A stretch of 64,000 bases of DNA from Callorhinchus milii. Taxonomy: Eukaryota. The DNA lies in contig NW_024704743.1 in NCBI RefSeq assembly GCF_018977255.1, forward strand, positions 84,384,001 to 84,448,000, given 5' to 3'. The notes under the pieces are model-generated. The model worked only from the letters and a program-made list of their open reading frames with translations. It was not told where the DNA came from and made no database searches. Shown here in pieces: positions 39,575 through 51,630 of this stretch (positions are counted from its first letter, which is position 1; every line of letters begins with the position of its first letter). Both the position numbers and the translations under genes were made by a program.

Positions 39575-40570
39575 TTGAGAGAGAGAGAGAGAGAGAGGGG
39601 AAAAGAAGAGAAGGTGAGAGGGTAGAAAGGGAGAGAAACTGAAGGGGTTAGAGAGTGTGATAGAAAGAGAGAAAGTGAGGGGGGATTGAGGGCATGTGAG
39701 AGAAAAACTGAGTGGAAAAGAGTGAGGGGGGTAGAGAAAGGGAGAAGGGGATGAAGAGTGAGAAGAGAGAGAGAGAGAGAGAGGAGTGGGGGTGGGTGTT
39801 AAGAGTAAGATAGAAAGAGAGAAAGTGAGGAGGGATAGAGAGCACAAGAGAGAGAAAGAAAGAAAAAGAGAGTGAGGGGTAAAGAGAGAGTGAAGGGGAT
39901 TGAGGAGAGGGTATATATAGAGAGAAGGAACGATAAAGAGAGAGTCAGATAAACAAACAAAAGGGAAGAAAGAAATAATAATAATAATAATAATAATCTT
40001 TGCATTTGATATAGCGCTTTTCACGTCAGGAGGACGTCCCAAAGCGCTTCACAGAACACACTGTAAAGTGAATTGACTGTATATTTGTGGGCGAACGCGG
40101 CAGCCAATTGCGCACAGCAATGTCCCACAAACAGTCTTAGATTGAAAATGACCAATTTATTATTGTTTTTGGTTTTGGAGGGATTATTATTAGGCGTGTG
40201 GAGTAAGGAAACTTGCCCAAGGTTTCGCCCTGTCTGGAATTGAACTCAGGTCTCTCACTTGCAAAGCGAGTGCTCTAACCACTGAGCTACAGAAAGCGAG
40301 AAAATAAGAAGAATCGAAAGATAGAAAGTGAGGGGGTTAGAGTGAGAAAGGGGGACAAAGTGAGAGGGAGGATAAAGAGAAAGAGGAGAAGAGAGGATGG
40401 GATAGAGAGAGATTGAAGAGAGAAGTAGAAATAGACAGAGAGAGGTGGAGAGAGAGGGGGAGTGAGGGGGTGGGGGCGAGATGGAGAGAGTGAGGGGGAG
40501 AGAAAGCGAAGAGGGCAGGGAAGATAGAGAGGGTGTAACAAGGGGAGAGAGACTGAGAGAGAGACACAGG
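39575..40570 (+). repeat. ~700-bp polypurine (GA-rich) low-complexity tract split by a SINE
   Basis: (GA)n runs and a recurring atagaaag(agagaaag)tgaggg unit near 39660, 39810 and 40321. Confidence 0.9.
39974..40292 (-). mobile_element. SINE-B, short young form
   Basis: ctgtagctcagtggttagagcactcgctttgcaag head; lacks the tttacctagcagtaag segment; about 200 bp nearly identical to 58272-58478. Confidence 0.92.
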
Positions 40571-41583
40571 AAAGCCACATTCAGAGTAGAGCTGGAATTG
40601 AAGTCATCTGCTTCAGCCTTTCGAAATATGTGACAAGATTACCTATCATTCCCCACAGAGAGATCCAGCCACACTCCAAACCCAGCTTTTCAGTTCAGTG
40701 ATAATATGCTCCTATCAGTATTAATAGCCCCATGCTGGATTCGGGAGGTATATTATGGATTATACAGCAAGCATATTGTCATTAAATTAAATTTTCGGAA
40801 CATTCCCCAGCTCATCACAAATACCGCGGAGAGTAATCATAATCGGTTCTCAACACATGTGTAATTGCCTTCAGCTGGCGTGTTTTACAGTTGACATTGT
40901 TCAGTACTGATAAGGTGATGGGTGATTTGAATACACAGCTTGTTTCATAGCAGCTGTAATTGAAATATGGTATGTGTGAATGGAAGATTACATTAAGACC
41001 CAGGATAATCACCTGACATGAGAGTAATTGAGTCCACAATCTGCCACTGAGTCTCTCACTCAGGGCTGCAATGAAAAGAAGCCATTAGTGAATTACACCA
41101 GCACTGGCTGCGCTTCGCAAAGAGTGCCAGCCTGGGCATTCCGTCACTGCCAGCTCTGCCATCAGGCCACTCGCAATGCACACAGAAAGAGAGCACTGAC
41201 AGATACAATGAGGAACACAAACAAAACTGTTGCTTGAATGCTTTATTAGCCTTCTCTTCAATTCTCCCTCCCTGCAACCCATCCCAGGCAAGTGAAACCT
41301 TAATGTTTATAATAATAATAGCCTTTGATTTATTACATTGCATTATTGTTATGAGCCTCAATATGGTGGTAAACATGCTCTAAACTCAGTGTACAACACA
41401 GGCATAACATTTTCACAACAGTGGATTTGACTTCAATAACACTCAAGTGTTCAGGTCCATGGTGTGTTATGCACATCTGGTTCCACTATCGGAGATAGAT
41501 TCACACCCAACACTGGATTGTGCTGATACAGTATCTTTGATCTCTGTGAACAGTACAAAAAATAAGCCCTGTCTGGCACAGAG

Positions 41584-41972
41584 CAATAACTCTGCATTTG
41601 AAGCAGCACCTATAACATCAAAGTTTCTCGAAGAGCTCATGGGGAATTGCTGTCAAGTATGTATTTGCAGGCAAATGCGGCAGCCAATTTGCACACAATA
41701 AGATCCCACAAACAGCCATGAAGTAAATGACCAATTTATCTGGAGGGTCGTTGACCGGGTCACCGGGAGAAACTCTTTTCAAGCATATTTTACACAAGCA
41801 GTCAGACAAGAGCTCAATTAATGTTTCAGCTGAAAGGCAGTACCTCTAACAATACAGCGCTACCCAGTGCTGCATTAGAGTGTCGGCGTATACTACGGGC
41901 TTAAGTCACAATGTGGGGCTTACCACAAACTTCTGACCCAGGCAAAAGTACTGCCAACTAAGCCAGGCTCAC
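41584..41972 (-). mobile_element. DeuSINE, near full length
   Basis: Reverse head gagcctggcttagttggcagtact; Deu domain; tail ctctgcatttgaagcagcacc. Confidence 0.85.
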
Positions 41973-42074
41973 ATCTATAGTGTAATATATGAAGTGATCA
42001 TGTCATGTTATACATTAATAATGGCTTGACCCTCCTTTCCACACAGCCAACCCCATGAAAATAGAAGTTTTTCT

Positions 42075-42270
42075 AACATAAATGGAGAGAACTTATTTCT
42101 CCTGGTAGAGAATGGGTAACTAAAGGGCATACATTTAAAATCATTACCAAAACAATACTAAAGGATAGGTTGGGAGGATTTTTATTACAGAGGATTTCAG
42201 GAAATGGAAAAACAATGGTTGAAAGGTATTCATAAAAGCTTTTAAAGGGAAATTGGTCACAAATTGGAAA
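42075..42270 (+). mobile_element. CR1 3' fragment
   Basis: ttatttctcctggt..actaaagggcat..ttttattacagagg..tttaaagggaaattgg. Confidence 0.65.
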
Positions 42271-42279
42271 AAGGAAAAC

Positions 42280-43645
42280 ATAATATTAATCCTTGCATTT
42301 GATATAAAGATTTTTTATGTCATTAAAATGTCTCACTTCAAAGGACATACTTTAATTTGTATTGACTGTGTATTTTGCAGGCAAATTCAGCTGGCAATTT
42401 GCACACAGACAGTCAGAAACAGCCAGGAAGTAAATGGCCAATTTTACGACCTGAAACATTAACTCACTTTCCTTTCTCCATGGATGCTGCCTGGCCAGCT
42501 GAGTGTTCCCAGCAACTTCTGTTTTTATTATCTGGTGGTTTGTTAGCCAGGACACTGGGAGAAACTCCCTTCTATTTTCGAGTACCATAGAATCTTTAAT
42601 GTTTGGTTCAATAGACAGATGCGACCTCGTTTTTACATTAGAATACATTACAATATACAGCACAGAAACAGGCCATTCAGCCCAACTGGTCTATGCCAGT
42701 GTTTATGCTCCACATGAGCCTCCTCCTGCCCTTCCTCAACTAAGCCTTCAAGCATAACTTTCTATTTCTTTCTCCCTCATGTAACTGTCCAGCTTTCCCT
42801 TAAATACATCTATGCTATTTGCCTCAACAACTCCTTTTGGTAGCATGTTCCACATTCTCTCTGTGTGAAGAAATTTCTTCTAACTTCCCTATTTGATCTA
42901 TTTGTGACTATTTTATATCAATGGCCCCTGGTTTTGGTCTTCCCCACAAATGGAAACATCTTCCCTATATCTACCCTATCAAAACCTTTCATCATTTTAA
43001 AGATCTCTATCAGGTCACCCCTTAACCTCCTCTTTTCAAGAGAAAAGAGTTCAAGCATGTTCAGCCTTTCCTGATAGATATAACCTCTCAGTTCTGGGAT
43101 CATTCTTGTGAATCTCCTTTACACCCTCTCCAGTGCCTCTACATCCCTTCTATAATGTGAGGACCAGAATTGCACAGTATTCTCAGTGTGGTCTAACCAA
43201 GGTTCTATAGAAGTTTACCATAATTTCCCTGCTTTTCATTTCTATCCCTCTAGAAATGAACACCAATGCCTGTTTTTTTTTATGGCCTTATTAACCTACG
43301 TTGCTATTTTTAGTGAATTGTGTAGGTGTACCCTTAAGTCCGTTTGCTCCTCTACCCCATTTAGGTTTTTATTTTTCAGAATGTATGTGACTTCCTTATT
43401 CCTTCTACCAAAATGTACCACCTCACACGTTTCTACATTGAAATGCATCTACCGCATTACCCTTGTTTTCTCTTTCTTTCCCAAAACCTTTTATGCCTCA
43501 TCTGAATGTCGGCACCCTCAATAATGTAGCACACCCCACCATTGCATAGCCTAAACTATGTGATTTCAAAGTTCCGATATGGGACTTGAACCCACAGCCT
43601 TCTGATTAGGAGCCGAAAGTGCTAACCACTGAGCCAGGCTGATAG
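42280..43645 (-). mobile_element. DeuSINE split by Penelope-like piece (42447-42527) and CR1 (42645-43450)
   Basis: SINE tail at 42280; Deu domain at 42530-42640; head resumes cggcaccctcaataatg..gaacccacagccttctga..actgagccaggctga. Confidence 0.85.
42645..43450 (-). mobile_element. CR1 LINE 3' fragment
   Basis: ORF 42918-43103 MIPELRG..YQERL..LFSLEKRRLRGDLIEIFKMMKGFDRVD..TRGH; 3' end acagaaacaggccattcagccca. Confidence 0.92.
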
Positions 43646-45067
43646 CTAGAACATAAAGGATAAAAGGAAATGAGGAAACGGCAGGGAAGGCACAATGGGT
43701 CACCTAGTCTCCTATGCTGTTACATTTTATAATTATAAATAATAAATAATCCTTGAATTTGATGTTCTGCTTTCACATTGAGAGGATGTCTCAAAGCACT
43801 TCACTGGATTTACTGTGAAGTGAAGTGACTGTGCATCTTTGCACGCAACCGATTTGCACACAATAATGTCCCACAATAATGTCCCACAAATAATAAATAA
43901 AGGATTATTTGTTATCTTTTCTATTGAATGAGCTTTATATTCCCTTGAACAGAGTCACTGAGGCACATTACAGAGCCCCTATCAGCACCCTGGCTGAGAT
44001 TGATTACTTCAGGCCAGAGATCGAACCTGAAACCTTCATGGTCTGAAATTGTTGTCTCCATATCTCCGTGTCTGAGTTACAAGCCCTTTGAATCTAAGGT
44101 CTGCTAACCTCCACAGCAGAATTCCGATAGAATCAGCTCCATTTGGCAAAGAAAAAGCTGATGTTAATATTGACTGAATCTTACGAGCAATAAACATGTA
44201 TTAAGGATTAACGCTGTAAAATACAAGCGTGTAAGTCACTCCCATGGAAATGCTGGGCAGAGAACACTTTAATCACAGTGGTTGCCAGGTATCTCAGGGC
44301 ACCCAGGAATATTTTCACATTTCAAAATAACTTCACTTTATTGTGGTGAATAAACACTGATTCACACTAAGAATAACTTTTGTCAGATTCTAGCCAAATG
44401 GTGAGTTTTAAAAAAATAGTTCCAAATTTGCTTGTGTAAGCTACATAAATATTTCAGTGATCATGTCCACAATACTGTATATTAATCAGATAGAAGAAGT
44501 TATCTTATCAATAGTGCCTTGGACTCATAAACCAGGCTATTTTCCTATTGTTTCTTTCATATCAGTATTCAGGTTAGTAGCTTCCTTTCAACCCATTTAT
44601 TCAGTGTGATCCACCTCATTTTGTGGTGCTGGAGCAGGAGCAGTGTTAAGAGTAACTCACTTAACATACACTCAGACAGTTAATTTCTCTACAACAAAGG
44701 AGCAGTTAAATACATACTCCCCTGATTCTTCACCCTCCCCATGGATGGCTCATGTGACTATATTCACCAACAACAAAGTTGGTCCTGGAGGCTTTCAAAT
44801 TAACAAAGGAAGGCTGCCCTGGACCTAAACAAAAGGCAAAGGAGGAAAAACTGAAAATTGCACTCTATAATGAAGCACATCGCAATGAAATGTTTGTATC
44901 TTCCAACTGGATACCTGCAGTCTTGTTCTTTCTCAGTAGTGTCTTAGATGTAACTAAAAAACAGCAGTTAGAGAAGCTATTACAGAATCCAGGAAGCTGA
45001 CACACATACAACTAACACACAGCAATGGACATTGCTGGGAGTATCACCTTATGTTCCCATTTGAAAT

Positions 45068-45430
45068 TAAATAATAACCTTGTATTTGATATAGCGCTAA
45101 TAACAACATGTCTCAAAGTGCTTCACAGGAATTACTGTTAAGTGAAGTGACTGAATGTAGGCAAACAAGACAATCAATTTGTGCACAGCAATGTCCCACA
45201 AACAGCCAAGAGGTGAATTTCAATGATCAATTTGATAGGAGGATTTTTGGCCAGGAAACTGGGAAAACTCCCTTTTCTTTCTGAAAAGTATCAAGCCTTC
45301 TTTAACGCCCACCTGAACAGGCAGATGGGATCTTGGCTTTACATCTCATCCGGAAGATGACATCTCCGACAAAAGCTACATTCCCCCAACAGTGCACTCT
45401 TGTGTCAGTCTAGACCACATGCTCACAGTG
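45068..45430 (-). mobile_element. DeuSINE
   Basis: ccacctgaacaggcagatggga..catctcatccggaagatgacatctccgaca. Confidence 0.85.
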
Positions 45431-46477
45431 AAAATAAATATAGGAGAAGGTAATGCACCACAAAGTATTGTCAACAACTAATGTTTCACAAGCATCTTAT
45501 GGGATTTTTGCAAGCAAATTCTTTCATCTCCTTTTCAGTGACGATCCTGAAATTATATTCCTTCCCTTGTTACTAATTCACCAACCAGCAGCAATAATTG
45601 TTCACTATTTATCCTCTCAAAATCTTTCAGAATTTTTAATTCTCTTAGATCCCTTCTTAAACTTCTCTGTTCCAGTGAAAAGAGCCCCCATGTTTTGCTC
45701 ATCCTATTGAAAATGCAGACATGAATAAACATGGGCTGTAATACGAGTAATTGTACCAGTGGATGAACTGCACTCCTCCGACTACTCTAGTAAAATGTTA
45801 TTAATATGTTACAAAGCTGACTGGAGAGAAGTTGCCAATATTATTACACTGATGTCTCCTAGCTGTCAGATGTTATGCAGTTATTATTCGTAATACCATG
45901 TTCCAAGCGTATTAATAGATAGTTTTGCTGCATTTTAATTATATTGTTGGTAAATACTTGTTTGTGCACATCTAAAATGCAGTATTATTAACCCACAGAT
46001 TTAACAAGGGAGTATCACCAGCGGGAGGCTTTTAAAATCCCAGATTCAAATATGAATTATTGGCTTTAAATCTATTTGCTTTTTCCAGGTTTCTTTGGGA
46101 ACATTTTGGTTCAATGGTGATGAGGGGGAAGTTGACTGGAGATTAGATGATGGGGCTAATCTACTGATGAAAAGACACTTTGTGCCTATCTAACGTAAGG
46201 CCTGTTAAAGACATTGGGACTGTGACCTATTCCCTGTAAATGTGGCAGTCCTCCCATGGATCTCAATCATGTGTGTGCCATTTGATTGCCCTATAATTTG
46301 TTGGTGTAAAATGGCCAATTTACCACCTAATGGTGATTTAAACTAGGCAATAACTGGTATTAAAAATGCCCGTTTGTGTTCTTTACAGCTGTGAAATAAG
46401 AAGAATAAGCCATGGATGATGGGGATAAGCAAAAGAAAGAGTCCGTTTTGCATGGGATCCCAGGATAGTACCAGTAA

Positions 46478-46600
46478 CAGGGATGAGGGGATGCAACTAT
46501 CAAGAAAGAATAGACAGGTTGGAACTTTTCTCCCTGGAGATGAGACGATAGAGATGTTTAAGATTGTGAAAGGATTTGACAAGGTTGATGTTGATAGTCT
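46478..46600 (+). mobile_element. CR1 ORF2 fragment
   Basis: GD.TIEMFKIVKGFDKVD. Confidence 0.7.
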
Positions 46601-47117
46601 CAGGCAGGAGTAGACCAGGGGTTCATGGGCAGCCAACCCATCATGGGCAGTTTCCTAAAGTCTCCGCTTCACACAAATTTCATTAACTGATTCCTATTCA
46701 TTTCCAGGAACCTGTTTAGTTCCTTTTTAAAACCCTGTGAAGGGGTAACATCTGTGATGTTTCTTAACTAGTAAAAGCAATATACATTAAGGAAGACAGA
46801 ATTTTGTTCCTTAATTTACACTGGTTAACACTCACCGTCTTTAATCAGAGTGCCTCCCCCAACTCCCAGTCTCTGATGCAGCACATCCCATCCTCCCACT
46901 AATCTACCAGCATGGCATCCTGATTAAAAAAACATAGATGAATCCGACAGAACAGGAGAAGGCCAAGTGGCTTGTTGAGTCTGTGCTGGCTCTATAAAAG
47001 GATAATCCATTCAATCCCATTCACCTCCCTTTCCCTCATACTCCTCTATATATCTAATATGACAAATAACATATTTGATAATGCAGAGCTCCCCCAGCAA
47101 ATCATTAGAGCCTAGAC

Positions 47118-47244
47118 CAGTGGTAGCCAACCCAATGGCTCTCAGGCCAGAAGTGGCCTTTGGGGCCGTCAAGAAGTGGCCCATGAAACATTCACACTCA
47201 TCCTGGTAAGTCTGCCTCAAATCAATGTTTTGTTTCCACCACTG
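47118..47244. mobile_element. Non-autonomous hAT (Charlie-like) MITE inside a DeuSINE head (47075-47335)
   Basis: TIRs CAGTGGT.. / ..ACCACTG; perfect 8-bp TSD GCCTAGAC at 47110-47117 and 47245-47252. Confidence 0.85.
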
Positions 47245-50200
47245 GCCTAGACTGTGAGTACAAATTCCCTACGTGGGGCTTTAACCTTCTAACTCATAGG
47301 TGAGAGCCAGGGTGACAACTGAGGCAGGCTGACACCTGAACCTATTGACATATTACAAACCTCCCCTAATCCCAGCTCATCGCCTTCCCACTATAATCCT
47401 TAATACTTTTATTCTCAGAGTATCCATGCAAATCTCTCTTAAATTCCTTCGCAGATTTTCTGTCTACGTTATCTTGGAGCATTGTCTTCCTGTTTCATAT
47501 CATTCGCTGCAAGAAGACATTTTTCCTCATCTTACTCGTAACCCAAATTGCCCGAGTTATAAGTTTTATAATACATAATTATAATCCTTGCTTTTGGTAT
47601 AATGCCTTATCATATTATCCAGGCATATCAAAGTGCTTCACAGGATATACTGTGAAGTGCTTTGACTGTGTTTATGTGAGTGAAACGCCATAAGGATATG
47701 GCGTAACTGATGGACCTTTCAGGAGGAAAAAGTTGCACACTGCTTATTTTGTCAGATATTTTCATAAGTCTAAACACTTCAATGAATCACTCATCAGCTG
47801 CCTCAGCTCTGGGTAAAGTATATATTCCCAACTTAAACAGTGATTTACTGTAATATAGTTCCCCCACAACCCCCGCCCCCCACCCACCCAACCAACACAC
47901 ACACACACGCAGACACAAGCCTATCAAAAGTGATGAGTTGAGAAAACCAACTTACCAGAAAGAGCGTTTCAGGAGCCAGAACGTGACTGTTTTATCAAGG
48001 AATTTTCCAAGAAAATATTGAAATGATGAGTTTCTGGAGCCATATGCCTCCACCATCTGGGCATCATTAAGCATAGGAAAAAATTATATGTAACATCTCT
48101 AAAGCGATCAAGGTTTGTAAATATCTCAATGATTTAATCTGGGCAGAAGGACAGAAAACGACTCCCAAATATTACCCAAATGGGGAGCTGAAGAACTGAG
48201 AAAGTATTACATCTACTGAATGAGTAGATAATACAAGAGATCATCATGTTATCTACTAGCCGAGACCAATGAGCCTGAAAATTATACTTTATAGTGGAAG
48301 TATATTTAAAATGTGGCGTTTCAAAACAGAGTTTGAACCTGATGTCACATTTAATATGTTCAAAAATGGCAGAATTTCATTCAGTAATTATGTACTGGGT
48401 TTGGGTGTGTACCTTGCCCTTCCCAACCTGGGCACAATGATTTGTCCAGAGCCTCTTTTCGATACCCAGGAATAACTGGCTGAAGAATATTTTTATTGCT
48501 GTCAAATACAGTGTTTGAGTGCTTCCTCCCAGAATATCTGTTAAATTTGGTCAATATCTTATTTTTAGGTGCACAAATATGCAATTCTCTGTGATCAGGA
48601 GCAAGGAAATCTTAGGGACCGACCTTTGTGCCAGAGACATGAGGGTGAGAACTGAAACAATTCAATAATTCCACTGTTTCTGAGTAGATCCGATGTGATT
48701 TAAAATTACATGTTTTTAAAAGTGACATTTTTCACCCTATTATGAAGAGCACGAATGTGAAGTGCCAAGGACACAAACATAGCTCTTCTGTTGCATCCAT
48801 TACATTCTCAGTCAGACTGTTGGGGCAGGTGATTGGTCTCTACTCAATGGCTACATCAGGCCTCACTCATACTGATCCACAAGATCACAAGAGTAGTATG
48901 GATAAAGAAGGCCCTTTTGGCCGATTTTAACTCATCCTTGCCAGAATATCACCTAATATACAGCAAAATTCTGGGAAGCACTTTGAGAGTTTTGATGATA
49001 TAATAAGACTATAACAATTGCAAGGATTATTATCATTATTAATATTATATCTAGATTCCCCTCTTCCAATTGGAGGATCAAGCTGTTTCTTAACTGAGTC
49101 CAGCAAACTAATGGATTGGTTCAAGATTGGTCCAAATTCTTAATTTCAAAAATGGAAATTTCCATGGGTAGATGGCAAAAGTGAAACTCTCTGTATGGTT
49201 TGGATACTTTTTTAAGCATGATGACGGGTTTCCTTACGTGTCACACACTCAGCTGACCAAAAAAATAGAAGCTGCAGAACAGGTCACCTATCTACAATCT
49301 TGGAAGGTTAATATCTGAGATAAAAACAGGGTCATGCAAAGATATGAAAATGACTAGGCATGTGTGCAACGGTATTTATTACAAGGGGTTTCCCGTTAAG
49401 ACAACCCAATCAGACTTCTGGACTCAACATCCACAACATAAAAGTCAGAGCTCCCAGGAACTGCAATATAAAACCGATATCAGCCAATCTCATCACATTG
49501 ACATCCAACGGAGGAAGAGGCAAGAAAAATATGTGACGATCAAAAAAAATCCAGTTGAAGCTCTTTCATTTTATACTGTTTTGAGTATGGCTTTACATCA
49601 GGTGACTGAAATTATTTGGGAATTGTGGTGAAAATTTGATTTTGCAGTTGAATGGTGTTCATTAGTCTCTGTCTTAGCAAATGTATTTTTTGGTAAATGG
49701 TTGTAGTTGAACATAATCATTTATTTTGTGATACAATCTGCTGCAGTGTGCTGTAATATTCACCTTATGAGAGAATCAGTAGCATGTAGGACACATGCTC
49801 CTGATTGCATAGAGCTAGTGTTTGCCTCTGAGATCAGAGTGTAGATGCATAACAGTAGACCAGATCATAGGAAACAAAAAGGCTACTTAATGGATGTTGG
49901 AGTTGAAACTGTACTCCAAAAACAACCTTGAGAAGCAACACATACACATTTTGCACTGCGGCAATTCCATTTAAATCAGAGATTGATTAAAAATCCAAAA
50001 AAGCATTTGTCAGTAGTTGACAGCCATTTGGAATGATTACCCATAGGAAACAAATTGCAAGCACCGTTATATGTAGCAGTGATGCCTAAATTATGTGTCT
50101 GTAAGCACTTTCCTCGCACTGTTGAGTGGAAATATTAAACTTTGCTTCAAATAGTCCTTACATCTTCCATATTTAAAACACAGAAAAGTGACACCAATGA

Positions 50201-51379
50201 GCACATTGACGGTGTGGATGGCCCACCTCACAATTATTGGTTAAATCAAATTAACTGCTCCAGTGGTAGACCATTACCATCTTCGATTAAGTTACAACAT
50301 AAACTGAAAGAGGAAATCCAGCCTGAGTTGAATTACGGTCCAAAATCCCATTTGGCATTGAGTGGTGAATCTGTCCCAGTGCTACTGTACTCTGCCCTAT
50401 ATTGCTTCTGATGATGATTTACTTCCTGCACACTCCGCAACACTCTGCCAATTCCCAATTATGTCAGCAATATTGTGTGTAAAACATGAATTAGAAGAAT
50501 ATAGGACGGGTTCTCATACCAACAGTCTCTCCTCCTCTCTGAGCAAGCATCTGCCACCCTCTCAGGTTTGCTGAACATGGTTCCCACCCCCACTCCCCAT
50601 CCCAGTTTATACAGCATCAATTAAATGAGAAACTCACTGTTGGGAGGATTTTAAGAGTAAGATTCTGTATTAATTCACTCACCAATCACCAGTGATGCCC
50701 TTTGTTCCTGCTTTGTGACTTTACAGCATTATTAATTCAAATGTCACGTGTATTGCAAAAAAAAATGGTATTGTGAATAGAAATATTGTAACAGACTTTG
50801 GTCCAATATAAAACCATAAGGTTGCCCTATAGGACCTTGTATTGTACCTGAGAGAGGGTGTGGAGCCCGATGTGGGGGCGGGGTGGGGGAGGGGGCTACA
50901 TAAAGCTGTAAGCCAATGAGTTGTATGCAGATATTTGAACTATGAACCCACACCCTACACAGCTCCAGTCTTGTTAGTCTTGTCTGGTTCTGTCAGGGTC
51001 GCTTCCTCCCACCCCCCCCCCCCACCCCGTTTTATAAACCGTGAATCAAGTCCGTCTCCGTGTACATTCAGTATTTGGCTGGTTCAGGTGGGCTGCCACA
51101 TCATGGTTACGCTACGTTAGCTGCAAATGAAATGGATCAGCTAAAGGGCTTTCATCATTCTGTTGAGCAGTAACAATGCTGTGTCAAGTGCAATAAATCT
51201 CGGCTAGTCAGTGCAACCAAATATTATTTCACTTGCTTGAAATAAACACTGCACGTACAAAGTCCTCCTTGTTTTCTTGTTGGACCAAGACACGGGGGAA
51301 GTGGGAGACACAATTGTTTTCTGCCAATTTTCTTTGCTTTTCCCTCCTAATGAAACTGTCAATTCTTGCTCGGTTACAG

Positions 51380-51630
51380 CCTTTGCAGATGGCCGGCCGC
51401 CATTCAGCATCTCACCCAAGTGAGTGTCCTTTATGTGTGAGTCTGCACAGAGTGTCAGCAGGCTCCTTTACCATGGGTCAGAACCTGTCCTCACCTAAAA
51501 ATCACACACACAACACACACACAAATTTTCCAGCAGGGCCACTGATATTGATCAGGAAGATACCTGGAAGCTATTTCTCTTGGCTAGGTCAGCAGTGTTG
51601 AGGTCAAGTGTAAGGTGCCAACTGTTATGC
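51380..51630 (-). mobile_element. SINE-C body fragment
   Basis: ttttccagcagggccactg..gatcagga aligns with ttttccaacaaagaatcact..gattagga at ~35143. Confidence 0.55.

Noticed and set aside
39419..40580. Long Leu/Ser/Pro/Phe-rich ORFs on the minus strand
   Set aside because: Artefact of the stop-poor pyrimidine strand of the GA tract
43858..43890. Short tandem duplications (also ~4576, ~13596, ~17403, 60956)
   Set aside because: Ordinary slippage duplications, mostly inside repeats
47955..48060. Possible minus-strand exon ending at ctg|gtaagt
   Set aside because: One open frame but no recognisable peptide and no good acceptor
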